Positions 37,366-50,194 of a stretch of 64,000 nucleotides of DNA are shown piece by piece. The position numbers were made by a program, and so were the translations under genes. Source of the stretch: Octopus bimaculoides (lineage: Eukaryota). Every line of letters starts with the position of its first letter. Positions within the stretch are counted from its first letter, which is position 1. Where the stretch lies: assembly GCF_001194135.2 (NCBI RefSeq), contig NC_068987.1:53267963-53331962 (forward strand), given 5' to 3'. A model generated the notes under the pieces. The model had not been told where the DNA came from and searched no databases. It saw only the letters and a list, made by a program, of their open reading frames with translations.

Positions 37366-40300
37366 TAATTAACATGCAGATGCTTCAATGTTTTAATACT
37401 AAAACAACTGCTGCTTTCTACAGAACTAAATTGTTCCAAAGCAAATACTAACAAAAATTCAAGAGCTGCTGTGCTTTAAGACATACATTTCTGTTCAAAC
37501 ACAACAAACATAAATGATCGAAATGGTTGTTTAATTTTCAATTTGGAAAACAAATTCCCTCTAAGAATATGTTCTGAAGTGTTCTATATATACACCATTT
37601 CTATCAGAAGCTTTGACTTCACCCTTAATGCAACTGTCGAAATAAACATTTTCAATATCTAACAGATGAAAGGAACAATTTACGCAGTGACTAAGTTTAT
37701 GGCGTATGGGATTAATGGATTTCTCACTCCATCTTTCTTATCAAAAACACACCTACCACCGTTCCGATCCTCTTTGAAATGCGATGTTAATCACTTGAGA
37801 AGGAAACCTATCAGTTTGTTATTATTTAACCTAATATGGATTATTAATTTTACACTAAACTATATGACCGTAATAATTATCGCACAAGGATAAAACATAA
37901 CTATCATTATATGGATTTAAGTACTGATAAAAACAAACGTTTGGTTTACTCAAGAAAGTGTTTTGCTGGTCATGGGGACAGGTTATCAAAATAAATGTGA
38001 AAAAACAAGTCATGAAACGTGTTGTCTGCTAAAAAGAATCATATCTCACTCAGCAGGAAATTCTCTTGTTGGCCACATTCTTCATATCATTTTCATCCTC
38101 TTGTATTTCCAATGTGAAAGGTGAACATTTCGTTGTTCCAATAATTAACTCCTAAGGGAAAATATTTGCAACACCAGAAAATCAATACATTAAAGGATAC
38201 ATTAATGTATACATACTGGTATTTTTTTTAATAAATTGAACTAAAGGAATTATGAAATATTCTTTTTTAATATCAATTTTGAAAAACGACGGGTGCAGGA
38301 AAAATGTCGATTTCTTGAAATTTTATTTTTGGAGAGCACAGCCAGCTAAGATTTTAAGAAGAAACTTTTAGAAAATATAGAAACCTATCCTTTGAATATT
38401 ATTTCCGAAATGTGACTCCACAGCCCAGCATTATTCAATTTTTTTATTAATTTTTTTTTCAAACTAAATTTCAATTTATTTTATATATAATTTTACTAGC
38501 TGCATCTTTTGAAATATATTTTTAAAGTTCGGTTTTCCAGTATTTCGAATCTTGTACATTTGCTTCTAGTTGAAATGTTCGATAACTTATCGCGTATATT
38601 CTTTATAGTTTATACTGTTATTATCATTATTGAAAAAGTTCCTCTGAACTTTACTATCACTATTCAAATGAAACTGTTTATTTCTTTTCAATGAATAATT
38701 CTTCGATAGTTTCTACATTTTATTTGTTTTTCATTTACAGATTAATTTGCATGCATGGTTAGGTTTCAAAAGCTTGTTATATTTGTCTGTCAAATGTTCC
38801 ATAACAATTGACTGTTTCAATCAGTGCAGCCAAAAATGTTAAAGAAATTTATATTGAAGATTAAGTATATTAACGATAAAATGCATTTGAAGTTATTTGA
38901 GGGAAACAAAAACAGATGATATCTTTGAAATATTCTCGAATGTTATAAATTAAATCATGGTGTGTTACTAATTTTAATTCTACATATTTTTATTTTAAAA
39001 AGGAAATGCTCCTGTTACCTAAATGTAAAAAAAATGTCAAATATTAATATATGTGGAATTACAAACAATATACATAATCCAGTTGCCACAATTTAAGTTT
39101 GCTTCTTTGTTTTTTTATTATAATAATAATAAAGAAAAACAAACGTATTTCTACAAAAGAAAATTACATACTTGTATATTATTTATTGTGATATATATTT
39201 CAGTTAATATTGTTTGTATTTATTGTCTACGAATAATATTCATGATTATTATTTATTGTAATATTTACATCATTTACTTTGTACTTCATTGTTCATTCTA
39301 AATGTTATTTCAAACAGTGCAATTACCTCAAACGCAATAGTTATGTCGGAAAGATTTTAATGATTGCATGGCTTACATTCCATTGTCGTTTTACCATCAG
39401 GAAACCATGATGAAACAGAATTGCGATGAAAAGCATTACATACATTGCTATATTGTCTTTTTACAAACATAGCGTATCCGGGACTATATTAGTTTAAAAA
39501 AGAAAAAAAAATATGGCGTAAGTTATTGCTTCTACGATTGCAACATTTTAGTGTATAGCCCTCGTTGGATGTAATACTTTCCGTTTTTGAATTTATTTCC
39601 ATCACCAGTACGTTTCGATAGGTTTCTTTTTAATCGTTATCTTGAGTCATATTTCTAGTTATGTACATATAGAGGAACCGGATTCAAGCACCGAACGATA
39701 ATATGTAACCTAATTTAGGAACGTCCCTTTCCACTATATAATTGATGTATTTATATGAAGACCACATATATATGATAACTTTTACTGTACCTGCTATTTC
39801 CGTTCGTGATTAAACACAAGGATTCTATTTACACTAATAAATCATTTAATCGTGAACTGATAACAAATTACATATACAGAAAAGTTAAATTGCAACAAGT
39901 CTGTTCGATAAAACATACAACTATTAAAACATAAACATACAACTGTACATGAATGAATCTGGGATGTACTAGATGCTACACTGTTAAAAGTTTAAATAGG
40001 CTTCAGAAAGACATTGAGTCCAAGCAACATGAACCGAACCGGCTAGCAGAACTCATTCCTCCTCATTTCCACAAGCACAATATGATCTAGCATCCTATGT
40101 CAAAAATGTAACAGGTTATAATCAGTTTGAGATGTCTTCAATGAATTTAAAGATTATTAAATATATTAGCTTCGTATTTCATTGGTTGGAAGAAAGTTTC
40201 ATTTTCCTCTCTTCTGTGACTAACAATATATATATATTAACGTTAATTGACTTTAAAATTTCAACAATGGGAACCTCTCTATAGCATTCCCTCATTCAAA

Positions 40301-40381
40301 TGTTCATCATAAAGAATATTGTTGCTTATTCCGCCTAATAGTTGTTGTAACCCATTATTCACTACACCTTTTTCATATCAT

Positions 40382-40446
<65 letters not shown>

Positions 40447-40469
40447 GTGTGTGTGTGTATGTAAGAATA

Positions 40470-40513
<44 letters not shown>

Positions 40514-41999
40514 CCCTAGGATGATGTTTGAAGTAGAAACTCTCGAGCTTAAATAAGTCGATACATTATCCACGTAATTTGGAAAACACGCAATTTAATA
40601 TACTCACTTTCTAAATATTATTCTTAGGTTATGTAACTTCCTTTTTCCATCTTCATTCTATTCAATAGCTTTTGTAATTTATTGTTGCAAAATTATAACG
40701 CTTAATATAACAAAGGAAACTTGGTTCCTGTTGGACCTCCTCTGCATCGCTGAAAAAAGTATACCCTGGATTTGTTTCACCTGTTGTAAATATGTTTCCG
40801 TACGTTTAGTTCTTTCCGTGGAGTATAACAAACTGCTATTTATGCAGTCATGTATCGCTTTACATAAAAGATAAGGCTGCTTCACAGCTCCTACTTATAC
40901 AAATGCAATCTAGGAAATAAATGTAGCAAGACTTCTGCGATAGAATACGAAATTAATCTTACTTCCAATTAACTAGTAAGGTCTCAGTTGTTTCTAATGT
41001 AGTCCTATATGGTTTGTATTCCGTACCGAATTGGGAAATTTATAAAATATGGAAACACGCGATACTTTTAAAAATTTAGAAGGCATTCAACAATCTGTAT
41101 CATTTCACAAAACGTTTAACAGATATAATTTTTTTAGTTGCAAAATATTCTCAGTTCAAGATAAAAATACAAATGGAATTATACTAGTAATCACATGAAA
41201 ACTAATAATTAAATTGATTAGTAAAAGTATCAAAACTTTTAACCAATGCATATATATATATATATATATANNNNNNNNNNNNNNNNNNNNNNNNNNNNNN
41301 NNNNNNNNNNNNNNNNNNNNNNNNNNNNNNNNNNNNNNNNNNNNNNNNNNNNNNNNNNNNNNNNNNNNNNNNNNNNNNNNNNNNNNNNNNNNNNNNNNNN
41401 NNNNNNNNNNNNNNNNNNNNNNNNNNNNNNNNNNNNNNNNNNNNNNNNNNNNNNNNNNNNNNNNNNNNNNNNNNNNNNNNNNNNNNNNNNNNNNNNNNNN
41501 NNNNNNNNNNNNNNNNNNNNNNNNNNNNNNNNNNNNNNNNNNNNNNNNNNNNNNNNNNNNNNNNNNNNNNNNNNNNNNNNNNNNNNNNNNNNNNNNNNNN
41601 NNNNNNNNNNNNNNNNNNNNNNNNNNNNNNNNNNNNNNNNNNNNNNNNNNNNNNNNNNNNNNNNNNNNNNNNNNNNNNNNNNNNNNNNNNNNNNNNNNNN
41701 NNNNNNNNNNNNNNNNNNNNNNNNNNNNNNNNNNNNNNNNNNNNNNNNNNNNNNNNNNNNNNNNNNNNNNNNNNNNNNNNNNNNNNNNNNNNNNNNNNNN
41801 NNNNNNNNNNNNNNNNNNNNNNNNNNNNNNNNNNNNNNNNNNNNNNNNNNNNNNNNNNNNNNNNNNNNNNNNNNNNNNNNNNNNNNNNNNNNNNNNNNNN
41901 NNNNNNNNNNNNNNNNNNNNNNNNNNNNNNNNNNNNNNNNNNNNNNNNNNNNNNNNNNNNNNNNNNNNNNNNNNNNNNNNNNNNNNNNNNNNNNNNNNN

Positions 42000-42655
42000 C
42001 AGAAAAAAACTACTTTAAAAAAAACGTTGCAAAGCGTTGAGTTATTTCCTCGGTCGAGTCATCTAATACCTTATTTCCGACCACAGGCCGAGTATACGCG
42101 TGGAGACAGCCTTTAACCCAGGCTGCCTACTTCGAACTGTTCAGCATGGAAGAGTATCTGTGATGATCTGGTGGAGGCTATATCTTGGAAATCCGACAGA
42201 CCAATGGTTTCCCTTCATGGCAGAATGAATAGTCAAGACTATTTAAGCATTTTATCTGATAAAATTCATCCTATGTTTGCGGAACTGTTTCCGGAGAGAA
42301 ACGCAATATTTCACGATGATAATGCACCGATTCATACAGCTAAGTTTGTTACTGAATGGAACGAGGAACATTCTAGCGAAGTTGAACAACTTAACTGGCC
42401 ACCACAGTCTCCAGATATCAATATTATTGAACATTTATGGTGCATTTTAGAAAAACATGTAAGGAGTCGATATGCACTACCATCATCCCTACAAGAACTA
42501 GACTGTTTTAGCTGCAGAATGAACAGAAATCCTTTTGGAAACAATTCAAACTTTGTACGAGTCCATACCGCGTAGAAGTCAAGCTGTAATTACTCCCAAA
42601 GGCGGTCCTACCCCATATTAAAGTTGTTTGAAATTTTTAGGCGTCTAGCCCCTAT
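42000..42655 (+). mobile_element. Tc1-like transposase pseudogene, catalytic domain with DD36E spacing; 5' part lost in the gap
   Basis: VISSVESSNTLFPTTGRVYAWRQP (first D mutated to V), FHDDNAPIH-...-WPPQSPDINIIEHLW; 36 residues between D (42318-42320) and E (42429-42431); ends at a TA run. Confidence 0.9.
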
Positions 42656-42854
42656 ATATATANNNNNNNNNNNNNNNNNNNNNNNNNNNNNNNNNNNNNN
42701 NNNNNNNNNNNNNNNNNNNNNNNNNNNNNNNNNNNNNNNNNNNNNNNNNNNNNNNNNNNNNNNNNNNNNNNNNNNNNNNNNNNNNNNNNNNNNNNNNNNN
42801 NNNNNNNNNNNNNNNNNNNNNNNNNNNNNNNNNNNNNNNNNNNNNNNNNNNNNN

Positions 42855-42887
<33 letters not shown>

Positions 42888-45800
42888 AGAGAGAGGGGGA
42901 GATAGATATAACCAAAAGTGCTTTAATCCCAATGCTAAACAGATTACAACATTAATATTTTTATGAAAACTTGATCATTACAGACTGTCTGTCTTCTACT
43001 GCAAACATATACTAAAGTAAAAAAATATGGATTGCTTCAAATGCGAAAAATCATTCAGTTGATGTCTCACGCATGTATGCGATATATAGATATCAGACAT
43101 AAAATGAGATATATCGTGTACGTAATTTAATTTCAGACGTCGATGGATTAAAAATGTTTGCTGTAGCAAGGTGATTGTTGTCGGAAAAATGAAAGCACTT
43201 CAAATATCAAATTCAACAACTATGGTCTTGTAGTTGTCGAAAAGGAAAAAAAATCTACGGGGTAATACAAGAGTCATACTTAGTTGCCATAGCCACGCAG
43301 TTAAAAAATTATTTTGTCGAAGCGTTATCTTCTTGATCACTCGAACATCCCTAGTATGCTATTTTTGCGAGTTTATATTTGTTTGAGCGTTATCGTGTGC
43401 GAATATGCTTGTGCGTTTTTTAATCAAATTATTTGTCAGAGGAATTGCCATTAAATTGAAGGATTACTCAATAATTTTTATTAAGTTCATACCTATTAAA
43501 TTTTTATGAGAAGAGGTGTGACAGTGACTTCGAAATTTCGGTTACTCACAGATTATAAGAATATGAATATATCATAAAATATTTCAAAGCATGCTCATTT
43601 ACCGATTCTTAATACGGAAGTAATGCCAAGTGGGTGTTTTATGATAATAGTGTGGATTTCAAAGATAAAGTGATAACAGAACTCACAAGAAACGCTAAGT
43701 GAAACAGGTTCACTGACAGAACATGAATCTTGTATCAATTTTATTCTTGTTAAATTCATATTATTTTGGCATCCTTTAGCGAAGAAGTTCAATTATTTTC
43801 TGGTCATTAACAATAGTTTAATAGCACGAATTTGTAGACATATATAAAATTGGCCCATAATGTTTGCATTTTACTGATAAGCATTTTTGTATTGATGTTA
43901 GTGCTGGAGAGAAACAAACGTTAACGATCCTAATATACATTTGTAATTGAAACGACGAGATGTATTTTTCATTTGCTTTATGTAGCATGGAATTTACTCG
44001 TTCATCTCTAAACTATGGAGCAAATGAAACATTAATTTCACATATAATGTCTATATATTCAAATTAAATAGCATAGAGGAATGAATAATATATATTAATA
44101 TATATGTTTTCTAATGAAGAAATAAAATGCAATACTAAGGAAATGTTGACAATTTATTAGAATATTAAAATTATCAGCATTGTGACAACAATTGTAAACG
44201 ATCTCTTAGCAGATTAATATTTTGCCATTTTGACAGATATTCTTGGAAACCAACTTGTGTCTCTGGCATGGTAGTAGAATTTACTTCAATATTTCATGAA
44301 AAATTTTTTGTAAAAAAAAAATTTCAACAATCATGCTTCATTTTCTCATTTTGAAATGTATTACATTTTCAGTAAACAATATTAGACTTTCAGTAACGTT
44401 TCTTTTCATAAGCAGACAGTTGTGAATAAAATCAATATATTTGCTGTTATATAATATTCAGATTATAAAATGTACAAAATATATATGTGTAGATGTCAAG
44501 AAATCTGTGGAATAACAAGCCTGAAAAGAAAATGTTTTTGCTCAATCAAATGATTGTTTCATTTCCGGGGCCCTTAATGCTTCGTAAAGAAGCTTTGCGT
44601 TCTACGAATCTTAAGAGACCCCAGGAATGAGATTTCTTAAATGCAGCTACATAGATTATTATCAAGGTTTGTATGGATATTGCTTGTAATTGTTTCAAAT
44701 AAATTTTGCATTGTGAAAACAGTTTATAGATTGTGCATTATATGCTTGAAGATTAATACATTTATTTTTCGTTTCACGATTTAGTGCATATTGCAAATAT
44801 ACGATCGTATTGTAAAAATCGGAATAAAATTTGCGGGTGTTTCCTTTGCAGTAGATTCTCTATTAATATGTTAGGCACAGTATCTTTGCATCTATTTATC
44901 TATCTACATGTTTACCTATCTTTATATTTGAATTTTTCATTATTACTACTCCCTTTGTCAAATTCATAAGAAATCATTTCATTTTGACAATATGAATATT
45001 GTGACGACCCAGTGACTAAAATTAGGTGTATTTTGCCAAGAAGACTGGATTGTTTCTGTAACAATGTATCAGCAATTTATTACAATTGCACTTAAACATA
45101 AATGGGTTTGCCATTCATCTTTCTTTTGCTTATTTCATTTTTGCCAGTCTTGTTTACTTAGGAAATACTCGTCTTGAGATTATTTGTCTAGATTAAAAGT
45201 AGGAGATTGTTTTATTATTTATTCACTATATTTCTATTATGCTTTGTATGGGTCCTATTCATTTTGTTCTGAAATTAATGTACTATTGCGTTTGTTTTTA
45301 CTGAATACATATTCAGCCTGAGCGTCATTTCTTCAGGCCGAAATCAAAACGCTTTGCTCTAAAAAAGCTTTGGTATTCCATCTAGATAACATATTAAATA
45401 CTGGAATTTTACGAAGACAATTGTAACTCTGTTCCAATGGTTGTGGCGCATTTAGGTGTGGCATACCATTTTTCTTTCACTCTGTCCTACTTATTCTAGT
45501 TATGCTTGTAAGTAAAATAAATAGGATACCCTTCAGCGAGTATCTCTGCTTCAACCTCGTGTATTTATGTTTATTTAAGTACTTGTTCTTATCTACTACA
45601 TGTAATAGTGAGTAAAAAGAAAGATTACACCACTGAACTTCAAAGAAACGGATAAACTTCTGAAGTTTCTCAGGCTCACTAGAATTTTCTTTCAAACAGA
45701 CTCGTGCTTAATCACATGGAGAGAAGTCCAACATTTGCGCACAAACATTATATAATTCAATAGGTTTTTGCATTAAAATTTACCAAATATCTGTTAGCAG

Positions 45801-47620
45801 AGGTTCTTTTCAGGAGTTTTAGACTTTCCTCTTGTGCTTTGATGCGTACCAGCTCCGGACAGGAACGGTGTAGCTAAGGAAATCGCTATGTGTACATTGC
45901 TGGACATTTTACCTGCATATCTGCCGCACCACATCATTTGAAATGTCAGCTTAGGTCAGAAACATGTCTATGTAATACATAGTTCCCTAGTGTTTATGCT
46001 TGAACTTGTGTTGAGGTAGTTAGAGGGAAGGCCTCGTCACTTTTTTTCCACAAGTTGTCCTGGAAATCTGCCGGAAATTGATTTTTAACCGCGTATTCTT
46101 TGCCAGTTATTCCTACTATCCGATGTAGACTGGCATAAGGATGAAGGCATTGTCATAAATCATGATATTTTAATCATTTGAAATTTCACGCTCATAAACT
46201 CGTAATCTCTCCTCCTAGTGCCATAATACATGCCACCACTTAAATGTAATTTAACCTAAATATTCTGATTTAGTGTTTCAAGAACATTTTCTGGTTAGTT
46301 AAAACACGAATGTTTACTTGTTCTCCCACAAATTAAGCTTCCTAGTGTACATGTATTTTAGATTTTATTATCTATCAATATTTGTCTGATTGATGTTTCA
46401 CCATGAACACATGCAAACGCTGCTATTGATAATATTGCATGTAATGAAATCAAACACCAATTATTTTCCGTATTATTTTCGCGACTGTCATACTTGTCAC
46501 GTTGCTACCACACGAGTGGCAGTAATTAGCTTACTGTTGAATTATTTATAAGTTCTAATGTTCTCACTGCTTCTGCAAATTCACTCATGAACGAGAAGTA
46601 TAATCTCCTTGTTCCACTAGTTTCTCTCATCGTATGCACTCCTATCATAATTGACTCTATTCTTTCTTTGCAACAAATCACTCCCCCATCATCCTCGTTA
46701 GTCGCCCTCACTTACGCCGTTATATCAAAGAAACAAACTACTTGCTTCAACATCTTACAAAAAAGAATTGAATCACGTGCAGTGGCTCGCAAAATGTCGA
46801 CCGGCTAAACAAAATCATGTATATTCATAATGTTCGCCACACCGTATATCAGAAAATGATAAAGTTGCAATGATAAATTGTTGACATTGTGCTATGAGGA
46901 ACCAAGCACACATACTGCAATGCCAGGCTCGGTGTTGTCGAAGTAGCTCTTCATGGATTCCGTTGTATTTCAGTTTCCCAAAATTGTGTGGCCAGTGTAG
47001 GGATAAGGGTATCTTATACAATTTACGTGTGTGCTTTCATCTTCTCTTCTGGATTAAAGATGATGCATATGGTGTTATAATCTAGCCTCTCCTGCTAAAG
47101 GAACTTTCACACATTATGTCTAAATTAGCACAGTCCACTTCTTTCGACATAAAATGTCAGGTTCCATGACCTAGGTATGGTATGCTTGTGCAACACATCT
47201 CTCCATCTCTCGGGTTTAGTGTGATATAGCTTCTAGCAATCTTGAAGCTGATTAATGAAATCTTTTCGAGATTTAACCCTTATAGCGAAATGATCCATAT
47301 CTAGATTTTATTTCTTGAAAGTGCACTTTCAAATGTTGGGCATTGGTGAGTTTTCACCACAATAATAATAAATAAGTGTATATCGTATTTTAATGTTGCT
47401 ATTGCTTGGCGGCCAAGCCAATGTTACAATCACTAGTGATTTAGTTTTTAACATGTGCTTGAGGATTAATTAGTTTTGATTTCGATGTATTCTAATCTTT
47501 CTGATATCTGATTTGCTCTGTTCAGTGAAATATCAATTTAATACCAGGAAATCAACATATTTAAAGAATCAGAAAATTCCCCCAAAAATTACTGAGATCT
47601 AAAAAGGATTATTTTATATG

Positions 47621-48147
47621 TATATATAAAAGAAACCACTAAGTGGACTGCTAATGTGCTAGAAGAAAATCACCGAATAGTTCTCAAAGAAAAAAAATTA
47701 GCGAAGCTTTTAATGTGCTGATTTCCAGGTATTAAATTGATATTAATTAATATCCAATTTTTTACCCTACTATTTTAATTAACCATAGTTGATAAATCCG
47801 ATGCAGAAAGTATTTTCTGCAGAGATATTTCCGGATTTAGCGCGCTAAAACTAAGACTTTTGAATATTACTCTATATAATTAATAGAACCATGTGCACGT
47901 TCTTCACTAGTTGGGGACAACTAGTACATGATTTTGGGAATTATATCTTTTAGGCAGTCCGTACTGAGGAGAAACAGATATTTTCGGTAAGAAAGTATTG
48001 ATTTCGAAACCATGGTCTACGGATAACCTTGTATTTATTTCTATAATTTTCACTAGTCTCGCTCGTATGTTTTTGCTTCGCCAATTTTTTTCTTTGAGAA
48101 CTATTCGGTGATCTCCTTCTAGCACATTAGTAGTCCCCTTAGTGGTC

Positions 48148-48160
<13 letters not shown>
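47621..48160. mobile_element. ~540 bp element with 87-bp terminal inverted repeats embedded in (TA)n (MITE-like)
   Basis: 47621-47707 and 48075-48160 are inverted copies (6 substitutions plus 1 indel by hand count), both starting tatatataaaaga. Confidence 0.8.
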
Positions 48161-48186
<26 letters not shown>

Positions 48187-48312
48187 TATATAGATTGTTC
48201 AGGTAAACTTGCAGTCACTTGCGAGAACCTCTAGGCTTCATAAATAATTCAGTTCTCAATTAAACTGAATGCGGTTTTCTTAGCAATGATGATGACGTCC
48301 TAACCTACATTT

Positions 48313-48543
48313 TACTCTTTTACTCTTTTACTTGTTTCAGTCTTTTGACTGTGGCCATGCTGGAGCACCGCCTTTAGTCGAGCAGATCGACCCCAGGACT
48401 TAATCATTTTTTAGAAGCCTAGTACTTATTTTATCGTTCTCTATTGCCGAACCGCTATGTTACGGGGACATAAACACACCAGCATCGGTTGTCAAGCGAT
48501 GTTGGGGTGACAAACACAGACACACAAACACATACACACATAC

Positions 48544-48580
<37 letters not shown>

Positions 48581-48815
48581 CATATATACGACGGGCTTAT
48601 TTCAGTTTCCGTCTACCAAATCCACTNNNNNNNNNNTATATATATATATATACATATATACGACGGGCTTATTTCAGTTTCCGTCTACCAAATCCACTGA
48701 CAAGGCTTTGATCGGCCCGAGGCTATAGTAGAAGACATTTGCCCAAGATGCCACGCAGTGGGACTGAACCCGGGACCATGTGGTTGATAAGCAAGCTACT
48801 TACCACACAGCCACT
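48313..48815 (-). mobile_element. Near full-length SINE family A with (GAGTAAAA)n tail and 7-9 bp TSD
   Basis: cctacattt at 48304-48312 and 48816-48824; tRNA-like head with gggttcagtccc-type B-box; internal CA/TA microsatellite; a ~55 bp stretch is repeated across a 10-N gap. Confidence 0.92.
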
Positions 48816-50032
48816 CCTACATTTGGGGATAAAATGACTGAAACTTGGTTCATTAGAATAAAAGGTAAGTCAAAGTATGTGAGGGTTCAAGAGTAAGGTG
48901 AAAATTTATTGTTAGAGAAAACTGGCGATTAATTGGAGTTATGTGAAAGTGCTCTTTGAGAAAAATATTTTCATGAAAACCTAGTTAAAAAATATTAGGT
49001 ACGAACAATATAGTGAGACACAAGTGACGAAAAAATGGCATGTATTGAATTTGAAACAAAATATCCCAGCTATTGTAAAATAAAACTGTACAAAAGTTGT
49101 GTTCAAATGAAAATACCCCATGAGAGGCTTATTAAGGTGTCGAAACCAAGCAATGTGACAATACAAGAGTCATACTTAACTGCCATAACCACGTCGTTAA
49201 GTAATTATTTGTGAAAGTTTTATATTATTGATAATTCTGTCAATATGGTGCAAGAAAAAAGAACATAGACAATTTTGACCCAGGAAGCTACAAGGTGGTC
49301 TAGGGTATCATACCTAAAAGAAATTTAAATGAACTATTCCATAATATACTTTAGTTAACATTTCATACCGCCATAGTGAAAATTATAAGCACCAGTGTAG
49401 CTACCTCATACTATGATAAACTACTTTTAAATATAGAATAAATTGCACTTAATACAATTAATCCCCCAGAGTTTTAGAAATACAATCTCTAACCGGCTGT
49501 CTCAGTATCTGCAAATGAACACTGAATGGCATTTAATAATATACCCTGAGTTATGTCATCTGTAATTTGTAAATAGATAATTGGTAGAGCTCTTCAAAAA
49601 ATACCTTAAGGTCTTTAATTACGTCTCTTTACATTATATGCTCGGTCCTGCACATCGCTTTTGTTCTGCATTGGAAGCTGATGAAATAAGTAGTAGAGAA
49701 GTACTGGAGGCGGATTGTATTAATTATATGCTTCCGAGCGACGAATACTTGACTCTTTACCAAAATGTCAATATTTGTATTTAATATACTTCAATTTATA
49801 TCACATATATTAAAATATATTAAACTCTTTAGGCATATTTATGCTATCCCTGAAAATACTGTATGTATGTGCAATGCAGATGTTTGTAAATGGCTGAATA
49901 AATATTTAAGGAAAATACAGGAATGATATCTTTGACAGCTATTTAAATCTAAATATATGGCGCTTAGTAAGCTGTTATTTATAATAGGGATATATCCATA
50001 TCTTCATACATTACTGTTTTCAGAAAAAATAT

Positions 50033-50194
50033 TGTTATGTCGACGCCCCCAGGCGAAGGAGTAGGATCTCCCAAGACATATGAATAGAGGTAGTCTGGCC
50101 GTGGTAGGAGGTTGAGTAGCAGTCGAGTAGTAGTTGTGCAGCGGTTGAGTAGAGATCATCCGAAGGTGCTAAATAGCAGTAGTTTGAGACAACA
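50033..50194. mobile_element. Possible short solo LTR
   Basis: GC-elevated 162 bp starting TGTTATGTC and ending GACAACA (TG..CA with short inverted ends); flanks aatat and attat form an imperfect 5-bp TSD. Confidence 0.35.

Larger units (their letters stand above)
6239..48636. other. Eleven assembly gaps (approx. 6239-6411, 7508-8344, 10211-10501, 15121-15417, 21063-21263, 25814-26289, 31987-32384, 36395-36959, 41271-41999, 42663-42854, 48627-48636)
   Basis: Runs of n, almost all flanked by (TA)n, (CA)n or (GA)n; every X-containing ORF derives from them. Confidence 0.98.

Noticed and set aside
37169-37375. Poly-Ile/Val hydrophobic ORF
   Set aside because: (AAT)n/(AAC)n repeat.
6155-42932. 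All long ORFs containing X runs
   Set aside because: Open only because N gaps contain no stop codons.
48568-48697. Apparent tandem duplication inside the SINE
   Set aside because: The identical segment lies on both sides of a 10-N gap, typical of an unmerged contig overlap.
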